64,000 nucleotides of DNA from an uncultured Planctomycetota bacterium (lineage in GTDB: Bacteria > Planctomycetota > Phycisphaerae > Tepidisphaerales > Tepidisphaeraceae). The stretch's first letter is position 1. The number at the start of each line of letters is the position of its first letter. The position numbers and the translations under genes were made by a program. The DNA is taken from contig CAWJEN010000006.1 in the NCBI GenBank assembly GCA_963841915.1, positions 640,001-704,000 on the forward strand. Reading direction: 5' to 3'. Below, piece by piece: positions 1 through 9,625 of the stretch. The notes under the pieces are model-generated. The model ran no database searches, was not told the DNA's origin, and saw only the letters and a program-made list of their open reading frames with translations.

Positions 1-22
1 CGGGTTGAGATGGAGCTGAAAG

Positions 23-93
23 TGGAGCTACCGAGATTCGAACTCGGACTTTCTCGATGCGACCGAGATGTCCTCCCATTAGACTATAGCCCC
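23..93 (-). tRNA. tRNA-Ala(CGC)
   Basis: Reverse complement folds as a cloverleaf: GGGGCTA/TAGCTCC acceptor with G3:U70, anticodon arm TCTCG-GTCGCAT-CGAGA, T-loop TTCGAAT. CCA is not encoded. Confidence 0.9.
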
Positions 94-232
94 AGGGGGC
101 TACTAGCTTAGCCAGCCACGTACGACGATCAAGTCGTGCCCCACGGCCGGTGAAGACATCTTGCGACGACATATGGGTGCAATATTATGTGATTGGGGTT
201 GATTCTGCTTCACCAATTGGTAGGGTCGCCTC

Positions 233-736
233 ATGGGACGCGCTAATAATATGATGTCGGCTCACGCTGCCAACGGCGAGGCATTTGCCTCGACTACAGG
301 TGGCGAACTCAAGGGTCCGCTGCTCGATCTTCGCCAAGAAGAGCTCGGCCGACTTGGAGACTTGTTCCGCCTTCTCGGCGATCGGACGCGGCTCAGTATT
401 CTTCAGGTACTCAGCGGTGGCGAGACCAATGTCGGAGCCTTGTGCAAGCTGCTCAAGCTGCCACAGCCGACGGTCAGCCACCATCTGGGCCTGCTTCGCG
501 TGAGCGGCCTGATCGACAACCGCCGAGCTGGTAAGCAGGTGTTTTACCGCCTGAACGGCCGCATTTCACCCGCGGCGCTGCCGACGAACGACGTGCTCGC
601 CAAGTCCAAGGGCGGCGAAGACCTTGTACCTGACCACTCCAAGCGGCACGTCGATGCCACCGGCATGCAGATCATCGGTGAAGGCTTTGCAGTGCAGATC
701 GTCGAGCCGGGTGCTGATACGACGAGCCACAATTGA
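233..736 (+). CDS. ArsR/SmtB family transcriptional regulator
   Basis: FRLLGDRTRLSIL...QPTVSHHLGLLRVSGLIDNRRAGKQVFYRL winged-HTH signature; TAGGGT 6 nt before the ATG. Confidence 0.9.
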   Translation: MGRANNMMSAHAANGEAFASTTGGELKGPLLDLRQEELGRLGDLFRLLGDRTRLSILQVLSGGETNVGALCKLLKLPQPTVSHHLGLLRVSGLIDNRRAGKQVFYRLNGRISPAALPTNDVLAKSKGGEDLVPDHSKRHVDATGMQIIGEGFAVQIVEPGADTTSHN

Positions 737-748
737 GCGACCGCGGCG

Positions 749-1762
749 TCAGCCCGGTGAGGGCGTGGCGTCGAGTATTTCCTGAAGCACTTGTCTCCCT
801 GCCTCGGCGTCGCCGTTGTGCAGGTACGTCCGTGTGATGACGCGGTGTCCGCAGGTCGCCAGGAACATCGCCTTGATGTCGTCGGGGACCACGTAGTCTC
901 GGCCGTCCATCAAAGCCGCCGCCCGGCTGCCGCTGAGCAGGGCCAGCGAACCCCGCGGGCTGACGCCGAGGTGGAACCGTTCGTCCTCGCGGGTGCGGGC
1001 AACGAGGTCGAGCAGGTAATCGAGAACGCCGCCTTCGGTGCGGACGGCGAGCGTCGCCTGCTGCATTGCCACGACGTCCTGCGTCGACAGCACCGGCCGC
1101 AAGTTGTCGAGTGCGTCGTCGCCCGGCCGCTGAATGAGGATCCGTCGTTCTGTTTCGCGTCCAGGATAGCCGACGGCAATCTTGACGAGGAACCGGTCGA
1201 GTTGGTTCTCCGGCAAGACGTATGTGCCCTCGAACTCGAACGGGTTCTGCGTCGCGATGACCATGAAGGGCGGCGGCAGTGGACGCGTCGCATTCTCGAC
1301 GCTCACTTGCCCCTCGGCCATCGCCTCGAGCAGGGCCGACTGCGTTCGCGGCGTCGTGCGATTGACCTCGTCGGCCACGACGATGTTGGCGAAAATCGGG
1401 CCCGGCTTGAAATCGAACTCACCCGTTGACTGGTTGTAAACGCCAACGCCCAGCAGGTCGGCCGGCAGTAGATCGGGCGTGAGTTGAACGCGGCTGAAGA
1501 CGCCGTGAATGCTCTGCGCGAGTGCTTTGGCGAGCGTCGTCTTGCCAACACCCGGCACGTCTTCGACCAGCGCGTGGCCCCTGGCGAGCAAGGCGATGAT
1601 GAGCAGGTTGACCGCTTCGCTTTGACCGAGAAACACGTCGGCGATGTTGTCACGCAGCTTGTGCGCCAGTCGGGCCGCGTCGGCGGGTCGCATGGCGACG
1701 CGAGACGGAGCCGAATCGACAGAGCTCGACGTGGTGTTGGCTTCGTCGAGGGGTGCGTCCAT
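749..1762 (-). CDS. MoxR family AAA+ ATPase
   Basis: EDVPGVGKT Walker A, DLLPADLLG, ADEVNRTTPRTQSALLEAM, ATQNP and QLDRF motifs. Confidence 0.95.
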   Translation of the reverse strand: MDAPLDEANTTSSSVDSAPSRVAMRPADAARLAHKLRDNIADVFLGQSEAVNLLIIALLARGHALVEDVPGVGKTTLAKALAQSIHGVFSRVQLTPDLLPADLLGVGVYNQSTGEFDFKPGPIFANIVVADEVNRTTPRTQSALLEAMAEGQVSVENATRPLPPPFMVIATQNPFEFEGTYVLPENQLDRFLVKIAVGYPGRETERRILIQRPGDDALDNLRPVLSTQDVVAMQQATLAVRTEGGVLDYLLDLVARTREDERFHLGVSPRGSLALLSGSRAAALMDGRDYVVPDDIKAMFLATCGHRVITRTYLHNGDAEAGRQVLQEILDATPSPG

Positions 1763-1827
1763 GAGCGGTGCGATCTATAAACGCGACAGGTGAGGCCGCG
1801 TCGTCTCAGGCGTACGCCGGATGAGTG

Positions 1828-2262
1828 TTACTCGAACTTCAGGACGCCCTTGCCGATGTCGTAGGCGTAGCCGACGATAATCAGCAGAGTGAAGATGAGC
1901 ATGCCGCTGAGCATGACGGTGCCCAGCCCGTTGTTGTACTCGTTGCTGGCAACGGCCTCGGCGAAGCTGCTGGCCCAGGGGTACAGCACGACGATCTCGA
2001 CGTCGAAGGCAACAAACAGGATGGCCACGAGGTAGAAGCGGACGTTAAACCGTCGGCGGGTGCTGCCGACCGGGGCCATGCCGCTTTCGTACGTCGTCTC
2101 CTTACCAGGGCCAGTGCGGCTGGGGCCGATGAAGAGGCTGATAGCCAGATTCGTGACGGCAAAGCCAACGGCGATGACGAGCAGCAAAGCGACCGGCAAC
2201 CAGCCCAGCCGCGGGTCGCCGCCGGTGACGGCAAGGTGCGAAATGATAGAAGTTCCGGTCAC
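1828..2262 (-). CDS. nuoA: NADH-quinone oxidoreductase subunit A
   Basis: KETTYESG...FNVRFYLVAILFVAFDVEIVVLYPWA motif; three TM helices. Confidence 0.93.
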   Translation of the reverse strand: MTGTSIISHLAVTGGDPRLGWLPVALLLVIAVGFAVTNLAISLFIGPSRTGPGKETTYESGMAPVGSTRRRFNVRFYLVAILFVAFDVEIVVLYPWASSFAEAVASNEYNNGLGTVMLSGMLIFTLLIIVGYAYDIGKGVLKFE

Positions 2263-2356
2263 GGCAGCAGCGTAGCAGCGACGGACGGCCGGGCCAATTC
2301 GCGTGCGTCAGGTAAAGCCGATTTTGCCGTTGCGCACGTCTTTGCGAGCACGTCGC

Positions 2357-2638
2357 CTACGCCCGCACGTCCACGTGCTTGAGCAAACCCGCCTTGTCGC
2401 GCGGTTCCTCTCGCGGCAGATCGGGAGAGAGCTTCGAGGCTGCGTCAGTCTCGACGAGAGGGGCGTCGGACGCGGTAGTCTCTTCGGCAACGTTTTCGGC
2501 TCGGCGACGTTGCTCGGTCTTGGCCGTCTGATCACGCTTGGCCACCTGCGTCGATGCCGCGGCACCGGTGAGCCCGCTCCGCGAAGCGTTCGCCGCTACG
2601 ACGTTGAAGTTGATCGGTAAGCCGTCCACCGCTTTCAT
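2357..2638 (-). CDS. small hypothetical protein
   Basis: 93-aa ORF with coding-like codon use, lying between same-strand genes; no recognisable family. Confidence 0.5.
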   Translation of the reverse strand: MKAVDGLPINFNVVAANASRSGLTGAAASTQVAKRDQTAKTEQRRRAENVAEETTASDAPLVETDAASKLSPDLPREEPRDKAGLLKHVDVRA

Positions 2639-2702
2639 TCATCGGATGCTTTGTCGTAGCTCGCGAGTCGTCGCCAATTATCGGGCCTCCTCTCAGAATA
2701 AA

Positions 2703-2735
2703 AGCAGCCGGCCGCAAGGAAGCGGCCGGCTTGCT
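2703..2735. terminator. stem-loop downstream of the SH3-domain gene
   Basis: GCAGCCGGCCGC...GCGGCCGGCTTGC inverted repeat; the A-run at 2700-2703 gives a U-tail on the minus strand. Confidence 0.6.
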
Positions 2736-2756
2736 GACTGTCTTCCCGTCACGCGG

Positions 2757-4274
2757 CTATTGAGCCGAGACGACGGCCGGCTCCGTCAGGTCCGGCCGAA
2801 CCATGCTCGGCGGTATGAGCTTGGAGGCGACGCTGCCGAAGACGTCGTCGGGGTTGACGAGATCGCTCGCTTTTACCTGAACGTACTTCAGCTTCATGAC
2901 GTCGTCAGTCGAGACGGTGCCACGGACGCCGACGAACTTGGTAATGCGACCGGCCAGAGCCACGGCCTCGTCACCGCTGGCGCGAACGTAGATGACCGTG
3001 CGTTTGCTGATCGGATCGACGAGGCGGAACAGCGTGTCGCCGCCACGGGTCTGCAGGCTGCTCGTCTGGAGTTCGCCGACAGCTTCGTAAACGGTGACGC
3101 GGCCCATCTCGACACGCTCTGCCAGCTCGGCCCGCTCGGCCTCGAGGGCGGTGCGACGGTCATCGACGCCAGCCCGCATGCGGCGGATCTCTTCAAGATC
3201 GGCGAGTGCCTCACGACGGATGGTGACGGTCCGTAGTCGGGCTTCGAGCAATGGCACCAGGTTCAGCGACGCCGGGTCGCCGGCTTCACCCGCGAGGGCG
3301 ATCAGCTCGGCGTAATCGGCCTCGAGTTCGGCGAGCGGTTGCTCGTGCAAGGGCAGCTCGGCCACCTCTTTGTACCGCGCGTCGATTGCCTCGAAACGGG
3401 CCATGACTTCACTCGTCGCAATCGCCGGCGGCTCGATGACAACGGTCGGCTCTTCGGGCAGCTCGACGTCCATCGGCTGATCGTCAATCGCAACCTCCGG
3501 CGTGTCGTCGATGACGATCTCCGGCTCGGCCTCAACCTCCGGCTCGTCGGCGACGACGGCTTGCGGCTCGGGCTCGACGGTCGTTTCGGCGATGGCCGGG
3601 ACGGCTTCCTTGGGCAGCTCGCTGACGTTCCAGCCGGTCGGCGTCTCGGTCACGCGGACCTCACGGCCTTTGCCCATTTCCGTGATCGGCACGTAGAAGA
3701 AGACCATCTTCGGCGGCTCGATGCGGTAGTGGTTTCCCTGCTCGCCAACGACGCGAACAATGTCACCAGCCCGAAGCCGTTGGGCTGTGGATCCGATGCC
3801 CTCGCTGAGCAGGCTGCCGACGCGGACGCTGAGACCGTCACTGACGCGGCCGGTTTGTGCACCTTCGCCGATGGTGCCGCGGACGTTGACGCGGCTCTTC
3901 GGTACGAGGCAGAAGGCATCTTCGGGTGGCAAGATGCGTAGGAAGTCGTCTTGTCGGGCGATGACGACGACTTCGGCACCGGCCGGCAGGGTGGCGACGG
4001 CCAACTCACCGGACGACGGGCCGCCCCGGACGATTGCGCCGCCTTCGCGGGCGACGCCCATGAACTGCCGCGGTGCCAGGAAGCTTTCGCCGACGGTCGC
4101 GGTGTCGTCGTCCGTTTGTGCCGAGGCTGGTGTGGCGTAGGCGAAGACGCCGGTCGCAAAGGCGCAGGCGGCCAGGCGAACGGCGAGCTTCGACCGCCTG
4201 CCGCGGAAGAGGCGGACCTGTCGCTGGACAGCGTGACGATCAGAATTGCGGTATTGGGTGGCGTTGCCGGCCAT
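2757..4274 (-). CDS. exported protein with tandem SH3-like domains, acidic linker and coiled coil
   Basis: Signal-like hydrophobic segment; two SH3_3-like repeats (VRGGPS...LPAGAEVVV...RILPP and VRVGS...LRAGDIVRVVG...YRIEPP). True start uncertain. Confidence 0.7.
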   Translation of the reverse strand: MAGNATQYRNSDRHAVQRQVRLFRGRRSKLAVRLAACAFATGVFAYATPASAQTDDDTATVGESFLAPRQFMGVAREGGAIVRGGPSSGELAVATLPAGAEVVVIARQDDFLRILPPEDAFCLVPKSRVNVRGTIGEGAQTGRVSDGLSVRVGSLLSEGIGSTAQRLRAGDIVRVVGEQGNHYRIEPPKMVFFYVPITEMGKGREVRVTETPTGWNVSELPKEAVPAIAETTVEPEPQAVVADEPEVEAEPEIVIDDTPEVAIDDQPMDVELPEEPTVVIEPPAIATSEVMARFEAIDARYKEVAELPLHEQPLAELEADYAELIALAGEAGDPASLNLVPLLEARLRTVTIRREALADLEEIRRMRAGVDDRRTALEAERAELAERVEMGRVTVYEAVGELQTSSLQTRGGDTLFRLVDPISKRTVIYVRASGDEAVALAGRITKFVGVRGTVSTDDVMKLKYVQVKASDLVNPDDVFGSVASKLIPPSMVRPDLTEPAVVSAQ

Positions 4275-4421
4275 GGTGCACGTTCCTTGCGCTTGAATCG
4301 AACGTGTCGGACTCCGCCGACACTGGGGTCAGATCATGCCGGAATTGACCGGCGAGGTCAAAGGGTGGGCCGATAAAAATTGCCGTCGGCGTCTGCTCGG
4401 GATGCTGCACCAGATGCCGAC

Positions 4422-4895
4422 TCACACGCCCGCCAGCAGCGCGTCTCGTTCCTTGAGCACGGTGTCGAGCATGCCGTTCACGAAGCGAAAGCTGTCTTTC
4501 GTCCCGAACTTCTTAGCAACTTCAATGGCTTCGTCGATGACGGCTTTGCCGGGTGTGGGCGTGTTGTTGAGCTCCCAGACGGCCAGCCGCAGGACGGCCC
4601 GGTCACTGGCGGCCATGCGGTGCGGCGGCCATTGCGGTGCCAGTCGCGTCAACATGTCATTGATCTGGTCCCATTGCTCCCAAACACCCTTGGCAGCGGC
4701 CACGGCACGGCGTCGGGCGTCGTGCAACTCCTTCGGGCCCCCCTTGAATTCAAGAGCGGTATGACCCGTCACGGCCTCGGCGTCTTCGTCTCGAAGGCGA
4801 CCTTCGGCGTCACACACAAAGACAAGCTGCATCGCCATCTCTCGGGCGAGGCGGGAACGCAGGCCGGTCTTGGTGATGTCAGGCGTTTCAGTCAC
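4422..4895 (-). CDS. nusB: transcription antitermination factor NusB
   Basis: RSRLAREMAMQ, DRAVLRLAVWEL, VIDEAIEVAKKFG...FVNGMLD; follows ribH. Confidence 0.95.
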   Translation of the reverse strand: MTETPDITKTGLRSRLAREMAMQLVFVCDAEGRLRDEDAEAVTGHTALEFKGGPKELHDARRRAVAAAKGVWEQWDQINDMLTRLAPQWPPHRMAASDRAVLRLAVWELNNTPTPGKAVIDEAIEVAKKFGTKDSFRFVNGMLDTVLKERDALLAGV

Positions 4896-5379
4896 GGGCT
4901 GGTGAGCGTAGGGGTGATACGTCGGCAGTCAGGTCGCGTCGTAGGGCGATCATCTCCAAGGCTGCTCGGGCCGCCTCGCCGCCGGCGTCGCCATGCGCTC
5001 CGCCGGAGCGGTCCAGCGCCTGCTGCTCGGTTTCCACAGTCAATACACCGAAAATGCACGGCACGCCGGTTTGAAGCGACGCATCCATCAAGCCGCGGGC
5101 GCAATTGCCGGCCACGTACTCGAAGTGCGGCGTTTCTCCGCGGATGACACAACCGACGGCAATGATTGCGTCGTAGTCACCCGACATTGCCGCCCACTTG
5201 GCCGCGGTCGGTAGCTCGTACGCGCCGGGCACGTCGCGGCAGCGGGCGTCGGGCAGAACCGCTCGGATGCCCTCTGCAATGCGATCGACGACGTGCCGAT
5301 TCCAGCGGGTCGTCAGCACCAGCACCCGCACATCGGGCGGCGCGGTTGCATCCGTCGGCTTAGGGCGGTGGCGGCTCAC
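4888..5379 (-). CDS. ribH: 6,7-dimethyl-8-ribityllumazine synthase
   Basis: VPGAYELP, GCVIRGETPHFEYV and FGVLT...QALDRSG motifs. Confidence 0.96.
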   Translation of the reverse strand: MSRHRPKPTDATAPPDVRVLVLTTRWNRHVVDRIAEGIRAVLPDARCRDVPGAYELPTAAKWAAMSGDYDAIIAVGCVIRGETPHFEYVAGNCARGLMDASLQTGVPCIFGVLTVETEQQALDRSGGAHGDAGGEAARAALEMIALRRDLTADVSPLRSPARD

Positions 5380-5414
5380 ATCTACAAGGTAGTGCGTCGG
5401 CTCTATCCTGCAGC

Positions 5415-6509
5415 GTGCAAGTCGAGACCATCCGCATCACAGGCATCGGCGACGGCTACGACGTTTCGGTCGCCGACGGGCTGCTGCACACCATCGGCGA
5501 CGTCGCAAGGTCGGCGTGCCCGTCGGCCAAGTCGGCGGTGGTGGTGACGAACGACGCTGTCGGGCCGCTTTACCTGCCGAGCGTCGAAAAGTCGATGCAA
5601 TCGGCAGGTTTCGAGCCGATTGTCGTGGTGCTGCCGGACGGCGAGAGGCACAAGACGACGGAAGCGTTGCAAGCTGTCTACGACGCGGTGCTGCCGAGGC
5701 ACATCGAGCGGTCGACGCCACTGATTGGCCTCGGCGGTGGCGTGATGACCGATCTGGCGGGGTTCGCCGCGGCGACGCTGCTACGCGGTTTGCCATACGT
5801 CGCGGTGCCGACAAGCCTGCTGGCGATGGTCGATGCCAGCGTCGGCGGCAAGACGGGCGTCAACCACGCAGCAGGCAAGAATCTCGTCGGTGCCTTCTAC
5901 CCGGCGTCGGCGGTGGTCATCGACCCGACGACGCTCCGCACCCTGCCCGACCGCGAGCTGCGCGGCGGCTTGGCGGAATGCTTCAAGCACGACATCATCC
6001 GCGACGCCGAGCACTTGGCAATCATGGAGGCCGAGGCCGCGTCGTATCGCAGCGGCGACATCGGCACGCTCGGCCGACTTGTGGCACACAATGTCCGCAT
6101 CAAGGCAGGTGTCGTTGCGGCAGACCCGTTTGAGCAGGGCGAGCGGGCACATCTGAACCTCGGGCACACGTTCGGGCACGCGTTCGAGAAGACGACCGAC
6201 TACACGATGAGCCACGGCGAGGCGGTCGGTGTCGGCGTGGTGTGCGCCTGCCGGTTGGCGAAGCAGGTCGGGCTGATGAACGACGAAGCGCTGACTCGTG
6301 TCGAGCGGCTCGTCGTCGCATGCGGCCTGCCGATCGGTGGCGTCGCGGCGGAGGTCGAGGCGATCCTGGCGGTCATGCTCACTGACAAGAAGGTGCGCGG
6401 CGGCAAGGTGCGATTCGTCTTGCCCGTCGGTCTCGGCAACGCGACGGTGCGCGACGATATCGACCCGCAACTCGTCCGCGACGTCGTAGGCTCCGTCGTT
6501 GCCCGCTGA
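5415..6509 (+). CDS. aroB: 3-dehydroquinate synthase
   Basis: GGGVMTDLAGFAAATLLRG, PTSLLAMVDASVGGKTG and LNLGHTFGHA motifs. Confidence 0.96.
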   Translation: MQVETIRITGIGDGYDVSVADGLLHTIGDVARSACPSAKSAVVVTNDAVGPLYLPSVEKSMQSAGFEPIVVVLPDGERHKTTEALQAVYDAVLPRHIERSTPLIGLGGGVMTDLAGFAAATLLRGLPYVAVPTSLLAMVDASVGGKTGVNHAAGKNLVGAFYPASAVVIDPTTLRTLPDRELRGGLAECFKHDIIRDAEHLAIMEAEAASYRSGDIGTLGRLVAHNVRIKAGVVAADPFEQGERAHLNLGHTFGHAFEKTTDYTMSHGEAVGVGVVCACRLAKQVGLMNDEALTRVERLVVACGLPIGGVAAEVEAILAVMLTDKKVRGGKVRFVLPVGLGNATVRDDIDPQLVRDVVGSVVAR

Positions 6510-7353
6510 CGCACCACTAGGACTCATCGCGGGCGAAGGTGTGTTTCCGCACCTCGTCGCTCGCGGTGCAAGGGCGGCGGGGCGACGCGTCATTTGCGTC
6601 GGGTTCGAAGGAGTGGCCGACCCGTCGCTCGTGGGCGAAGTCGACGCATACCGCCGGGTGAGCCTGACGCGTCTGGCGAGTTGGGCTCGCTTCTTGAGGC
6701 GTCACGGCTGCAGCGAGGCCATCATGGTGGGCCGCGTCAAGAAGCAGGAGTTGCACCGCTCCAGCGGCCTGATGTGGGCGGTTCGGCAGGTGCCAGACTG
6801 GACGACGTTCTGGGCGTGGTGGACAAAGCTGCGTCACGACCGCACGAGCGATACCGTGTTACTCACGACGGCACGACTGCTTCAGGAACGAGGAATCACG
6901 CTCATCGACTCGACCCGCTACACGACCGATCAGATGGCGACGGTCGGCGTGATGTCGACCCGCCAACCGACGCCGCTCGAGCAGCAGGCCGTCGACCGCG
7001 GCTGGCACGTGGCAGGTCTTATCACGCGCGAAGACATCGGTCAGAGCGTGGCTGTGCGGAACAACGATGTGCTGGCGGTCGAGGCGACGGAAGGTACCGA
7101 CGCCATGATCCGCCGGGCGGGCGAGCACTGCCGTGACGGCGGCTGGACGCTCATCAAACGTGGCAACACCCGGGCCGACCCGCGGATGGACGTTCCGACG
7201 ATCGGCATGAACACGATCGAGCTGCTGAAGTCGTCGGGCGCAACGTGCCTCTGTGTCGAGGCGAAGCAGGTGATCTTCCTGGAGAAAGACAAGATTCTCG
7301 CCGCCGCAGACGCGGCGGGCATCTGCGTCGTCGGACGGATTGATGCGTCGTAG
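6499..7353 (+). CDS. lpxI: UDP-2,3-diacylglucosamine diphosphatase LpxI family
   Basis: LGLIAGEGVFP, DIGQSVAV...AVEATEGTDAMIRR and DPRMDVPTIG motifs. Confidence 0.88.
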   Translation: MPADAPLGLIAGEGVFPHLVARGARAAGRRVICVGFEGVADPSLVGEVDAYRRVSLTRLASWARFLRRHGCSEAIMVGRVKKQELHRSSGLMWAVRQVPDWTTFWAWWTKLRHDRTSDTVLLTTARLLQERGITLIDSTRYTTDQMATVGVMSTRQPTPLEQQAVDRGWHVAGLITREDIGQSVAVRNNDVLAVEATEGTDAMIRRAGEHCRDGGWTLIKRGNTRADPRMDVPTIGMNTIELLKSSGATCLCVEAKQVIFLEKDKILAAADAAGICVVGRIDAS

Positions 7354-7361
7354 GCCGATGC

Positions 7362-7414
7362 GTACCCCCGGCTGAAGATCAGTACCTTCGGCTGAAGATC
7401 AGTACCCCCGGCTG
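7362..7414. repeat. 20-bp tandem repeat (about 2.6 copies) containing the tRNA-Ile2 3' end
   Basis: GTACCCCCGGCTGAAGATCA / GTACCTTCGGCTGAAGATCA / GTACCCCCGGCTG. Confidence 0.85.
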
Positions 7415-7475
7415 GATTCGAACCAGCAACCAAGCGATTATGAGTCGCCTGCTCTGACCATTGAGCTACAGGGGC
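7403..7475 (-). tRNA. tRNA-Ile2 (CAT anticodon, lysidine type)
   Basis: Cloverleaf; anticodon arm GGCGA-CTCATAA-TCGCT and T-arm GCTGG-TTCGAAT-CCAGC resemble the ileX type rather than tRNA-Met. Confidence 0.85.
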
Positions 7476-7483
7476 GTCGCTCG

Positions 7484-9133
7484 CTATGAGCTTAGCAAAG
7501 CGGCCTCGTCGTGGGGCGCGTAGAGGTGGTCGAGCTCGAGGTTGTCGACACGTATCTGGGCCGTCTCTGCGTAGAAGCCGAGTCTGCCGTCGCGGAAGGT
7601 GTCATCAACGAGGCTCAGCCGCACGTAGCCGTCGATGCTGAGTTCGATGTACCTGCCGTAAGCGACGAGCTCGAACTCCCAGGGGCCGGCGCGGTCGCTG
7701 AGGAAGTTGGAGTTCTGAATCGCGTTGAAGCTGAAGGCGTGCTCACCGACGCCGTCGTCGTTGGTGGGCGTGACGCCGGGCAGGATAGCGTCAGTGCCGC
7801 TGGCTTCAGGGGCGTCGTGGTAGTTGCTCTTCCAGGCACGCAGTTGGGCGAGACCCTTTTGCAAATCGAGCGACAGGTAGTAGCCGCTGGTGGTCGGTTC
7901 GTTGAGGCGGAAGACGAAGCCGCACTTGCCGCGACCTTCGAGGCTGAGCTTGCCGCGGAGGCGGAAGTCGCGGTGGGTGCCCTGGAGCAGGAAAGTCTCG
8001 AAGCCGGCGTCGCTGCCGAACCAGCAATCGAGGTCGTTGGAGCCGACCTTGCTATCCGGGTTGCCGGCGATGGGTCGCAGCGGTGCGAGGTCGGCGGCGT
8101 GGAGGCTGCGTCGGACGGCTCGATTGAAGCCGTCAAAGCTCTTGAGCATCAGGCGGCCGTCCTCGTGCATGACCAGCCGCTTAGGCGGGGGCATGAGGTT
8201 GCGGGCTTGGCCCCACTTGCTGGCGGCGGGTGATGAACCGGTGAAGTAAAAGTTGAAGATCAGGCGACCCATGCCGTCCAAGTCGCAGACGTCGTTGCTG
8301 CTGGGTGCTTCGCCGCGAAGGCGACCATCGTCGTCGACCTCCTGGGCCTCGACCGGATACACACACGTGCGAGCGGCGTAATTGCCTTGCGGCAAGAGCA
8401 CGTTGTCGAAGTAGTTCCGCCAAGGTCCCTTGAGCGTGTCGGCGTACCAGTACCGCACCTTCACGTCCTCACGGATCGAGCCGATCAGGAAGTACGTCCC
8501 GCCGAGCTTGAACAGGCCCGGCACCTCGACATCGTCGTACCGCCTCGGGTGGTACAAAGGCGGGCGAAACTCCCATTTGTCCCGTTCGACTTCTTCGGCG
8601 ACGGCCACGCAGCCGCGGCGGATCACGGGACCATATTTCACACGCCCGCTCGCCAACAACATCCGCTTGCCACCGTCACAAAAAAACAGCGGGTCGCGGA
8701 AACTGACCCATTTGCGGCCTTCGTTGAGCCCGCTCTCGTAAAACGTCTCACCGCCGCGGGCGACTTCGAGCGGGTACGTGTTGTCGTTGACCTTCGTCCA
8801 GTGAATCAGGTCATCACTGACGGCGAGACCGATTCGCTGGATACGACCGCGTTCGTGCCGACTCAACCCCGTGTAGAACATCCGCCATTTTCCCGGAAGA
8901 TCCGGGTCAGCACTGACGTTCATCGTCCACAGCGCGTCGTCGTCCCAGGCGCCGGGATTACCGATGAACAGTGCATTGTCGATGCGTCGCCAGTTGAGCC
9001 CGTCGTCGCTGACGGCATGGGCGATGTAGTCGTGGTTCGGCAGAACCAGATGAAAGAGGTGAAACGTCCCCTCGTGATAAACGACGTCGACGTCGCCGAT
9101 GTTGCGGGGCTCGAAGCCGACGTCGGAATACAT
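7484..9133 (-). CDS. GH32-like (clan GH-J) beta-propeller glycoside hydrolase
   Basis: GDVDV nucleophile region, HAVSDDGLNW and AVSDDLIHW blades, FRDP, DVEVP; C-terminal beta-sandwich. Confidence 0.7.
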   Translation of the reverse strand: MYSDVGFEPRNIGDVDVVYHEGTFHLFHLVLPNHDYIAHAVSDDGLNWRRIDNALFIGNPGAWDDDALWTMNVSADPDLPGKWRMFYTGLSRHERGRIQRIGLAVSDDLIHWTKVNDNTYPLEVARGGETFYESGLNEGRKWVSFRDPLFFCDGGKRMLLASGRVKYGPVIRRGCVAVAEEVERDKWEFRPPLYHPRRYDDVEVPGLFKLGGTYFLIGSIREDVKVRYWYADTLKGPWRNYFDNVLLPQGNYAARTCVYPVEAQEVDDDGRLRGEAPSSNDVCDLDGMGRLIFNFYFTGSSPAASKWGQARNLMPPPKRLVMHEDGRLMLKSFDGFNRAVRRSLHAADLAPLRPIAGNPDSKVGSNDLDCWFGSDAGFETFLLQGTHRDFRLRGKLSLEGRGKCGFVFRLNEPTTSGYYLSLDLQKGLAQLRAWKSNYHDAPEASGTDAILPGVTPTNDDGVGEHAFSFNAIQNSNFLSDRAGPWEFELVAYGRYIELSIDGYVRLSLVDDTFRDGRLGFYAETAQIRVDNLELDHLYAPHDEAALLSS

Positions 9134-9163
9134 GGGTGCTAAGGGTAGGCCCGGCCCTACGAA

Positions 9164-9625
9164 TTACAGCTTTTCGTCTTCTTCAGCGATAAGGTCGTAC
9201 ATCTGCCGGGCGGTCTTGGCGGCGAGCAGTTCTTTTCGCACGTCTGCCTTGGCCATGATCTTGCTGACGCGGGCCAGCGCGTTGATGTGCGGGCCTGTCT
9301 TGTCGATCGGGCTCGACAGCAGCCAGACGAGCGAGACGGGCTTGCCGTCGATTGACTCGAAGTCGACGGGCTTGTCGAGGCGGCCCAGCGCCATGACGAG
9401 CTGCTTGACGCCGTCTGTCTTGCCGTGCGGGATGGCCAGGCCGTCACCAATGCCGGTCGTGCGGGTCTTTTCCCGCTCGAGCACAGCCGTCCGCACTTTG
9501 GCGGCGTCGGCGAGGTCGCCGTTGGTGTCGAGCAGGTCGATGAGCTCACCAATGACGCCGACCTTGTCTTCGGCGACCACGGGAAGCTTGACATTTTCGG
9601 GCTTGAGGAGGTCGGTCAGACGCAT
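9164..9625 (-). CDS. PTS IIA component (PtsN/fructose-type)
   Basis: EREKTRTTGIGDGLAIPHGK phospho-His motif; VDFESIDGKPV. Confidence 0.92.
   Translation of the reverse strand: MRLTDLLKPENVKLPVVAEDKVGVIGELIDLLDTNGDLADAAKVRTAVLEREKTRTTGIGDGLAIPHGKTDGVKQLVMALGRLDKPVDFESIDGKPVSLVWLLSSPIDKTGPHINALARVSKIMAKADVRKELLAAKTARQMYDLIAEEDEKL

Noticed and set aside
161..190. ArsR operator/promoter (TTGCGA...TATTAT within ACATA...TATGT)
   Set aside because: Plausible, but the symmetry is only 5 bp and a better-placed -10 lies next to the ATG; too weak to call.
7403..7475. tRNA-Met assignment
   Set aside because: It lacks the initiator GGG/CCC anticodon stem and C1:A72, and its arms match the Ile2 type.
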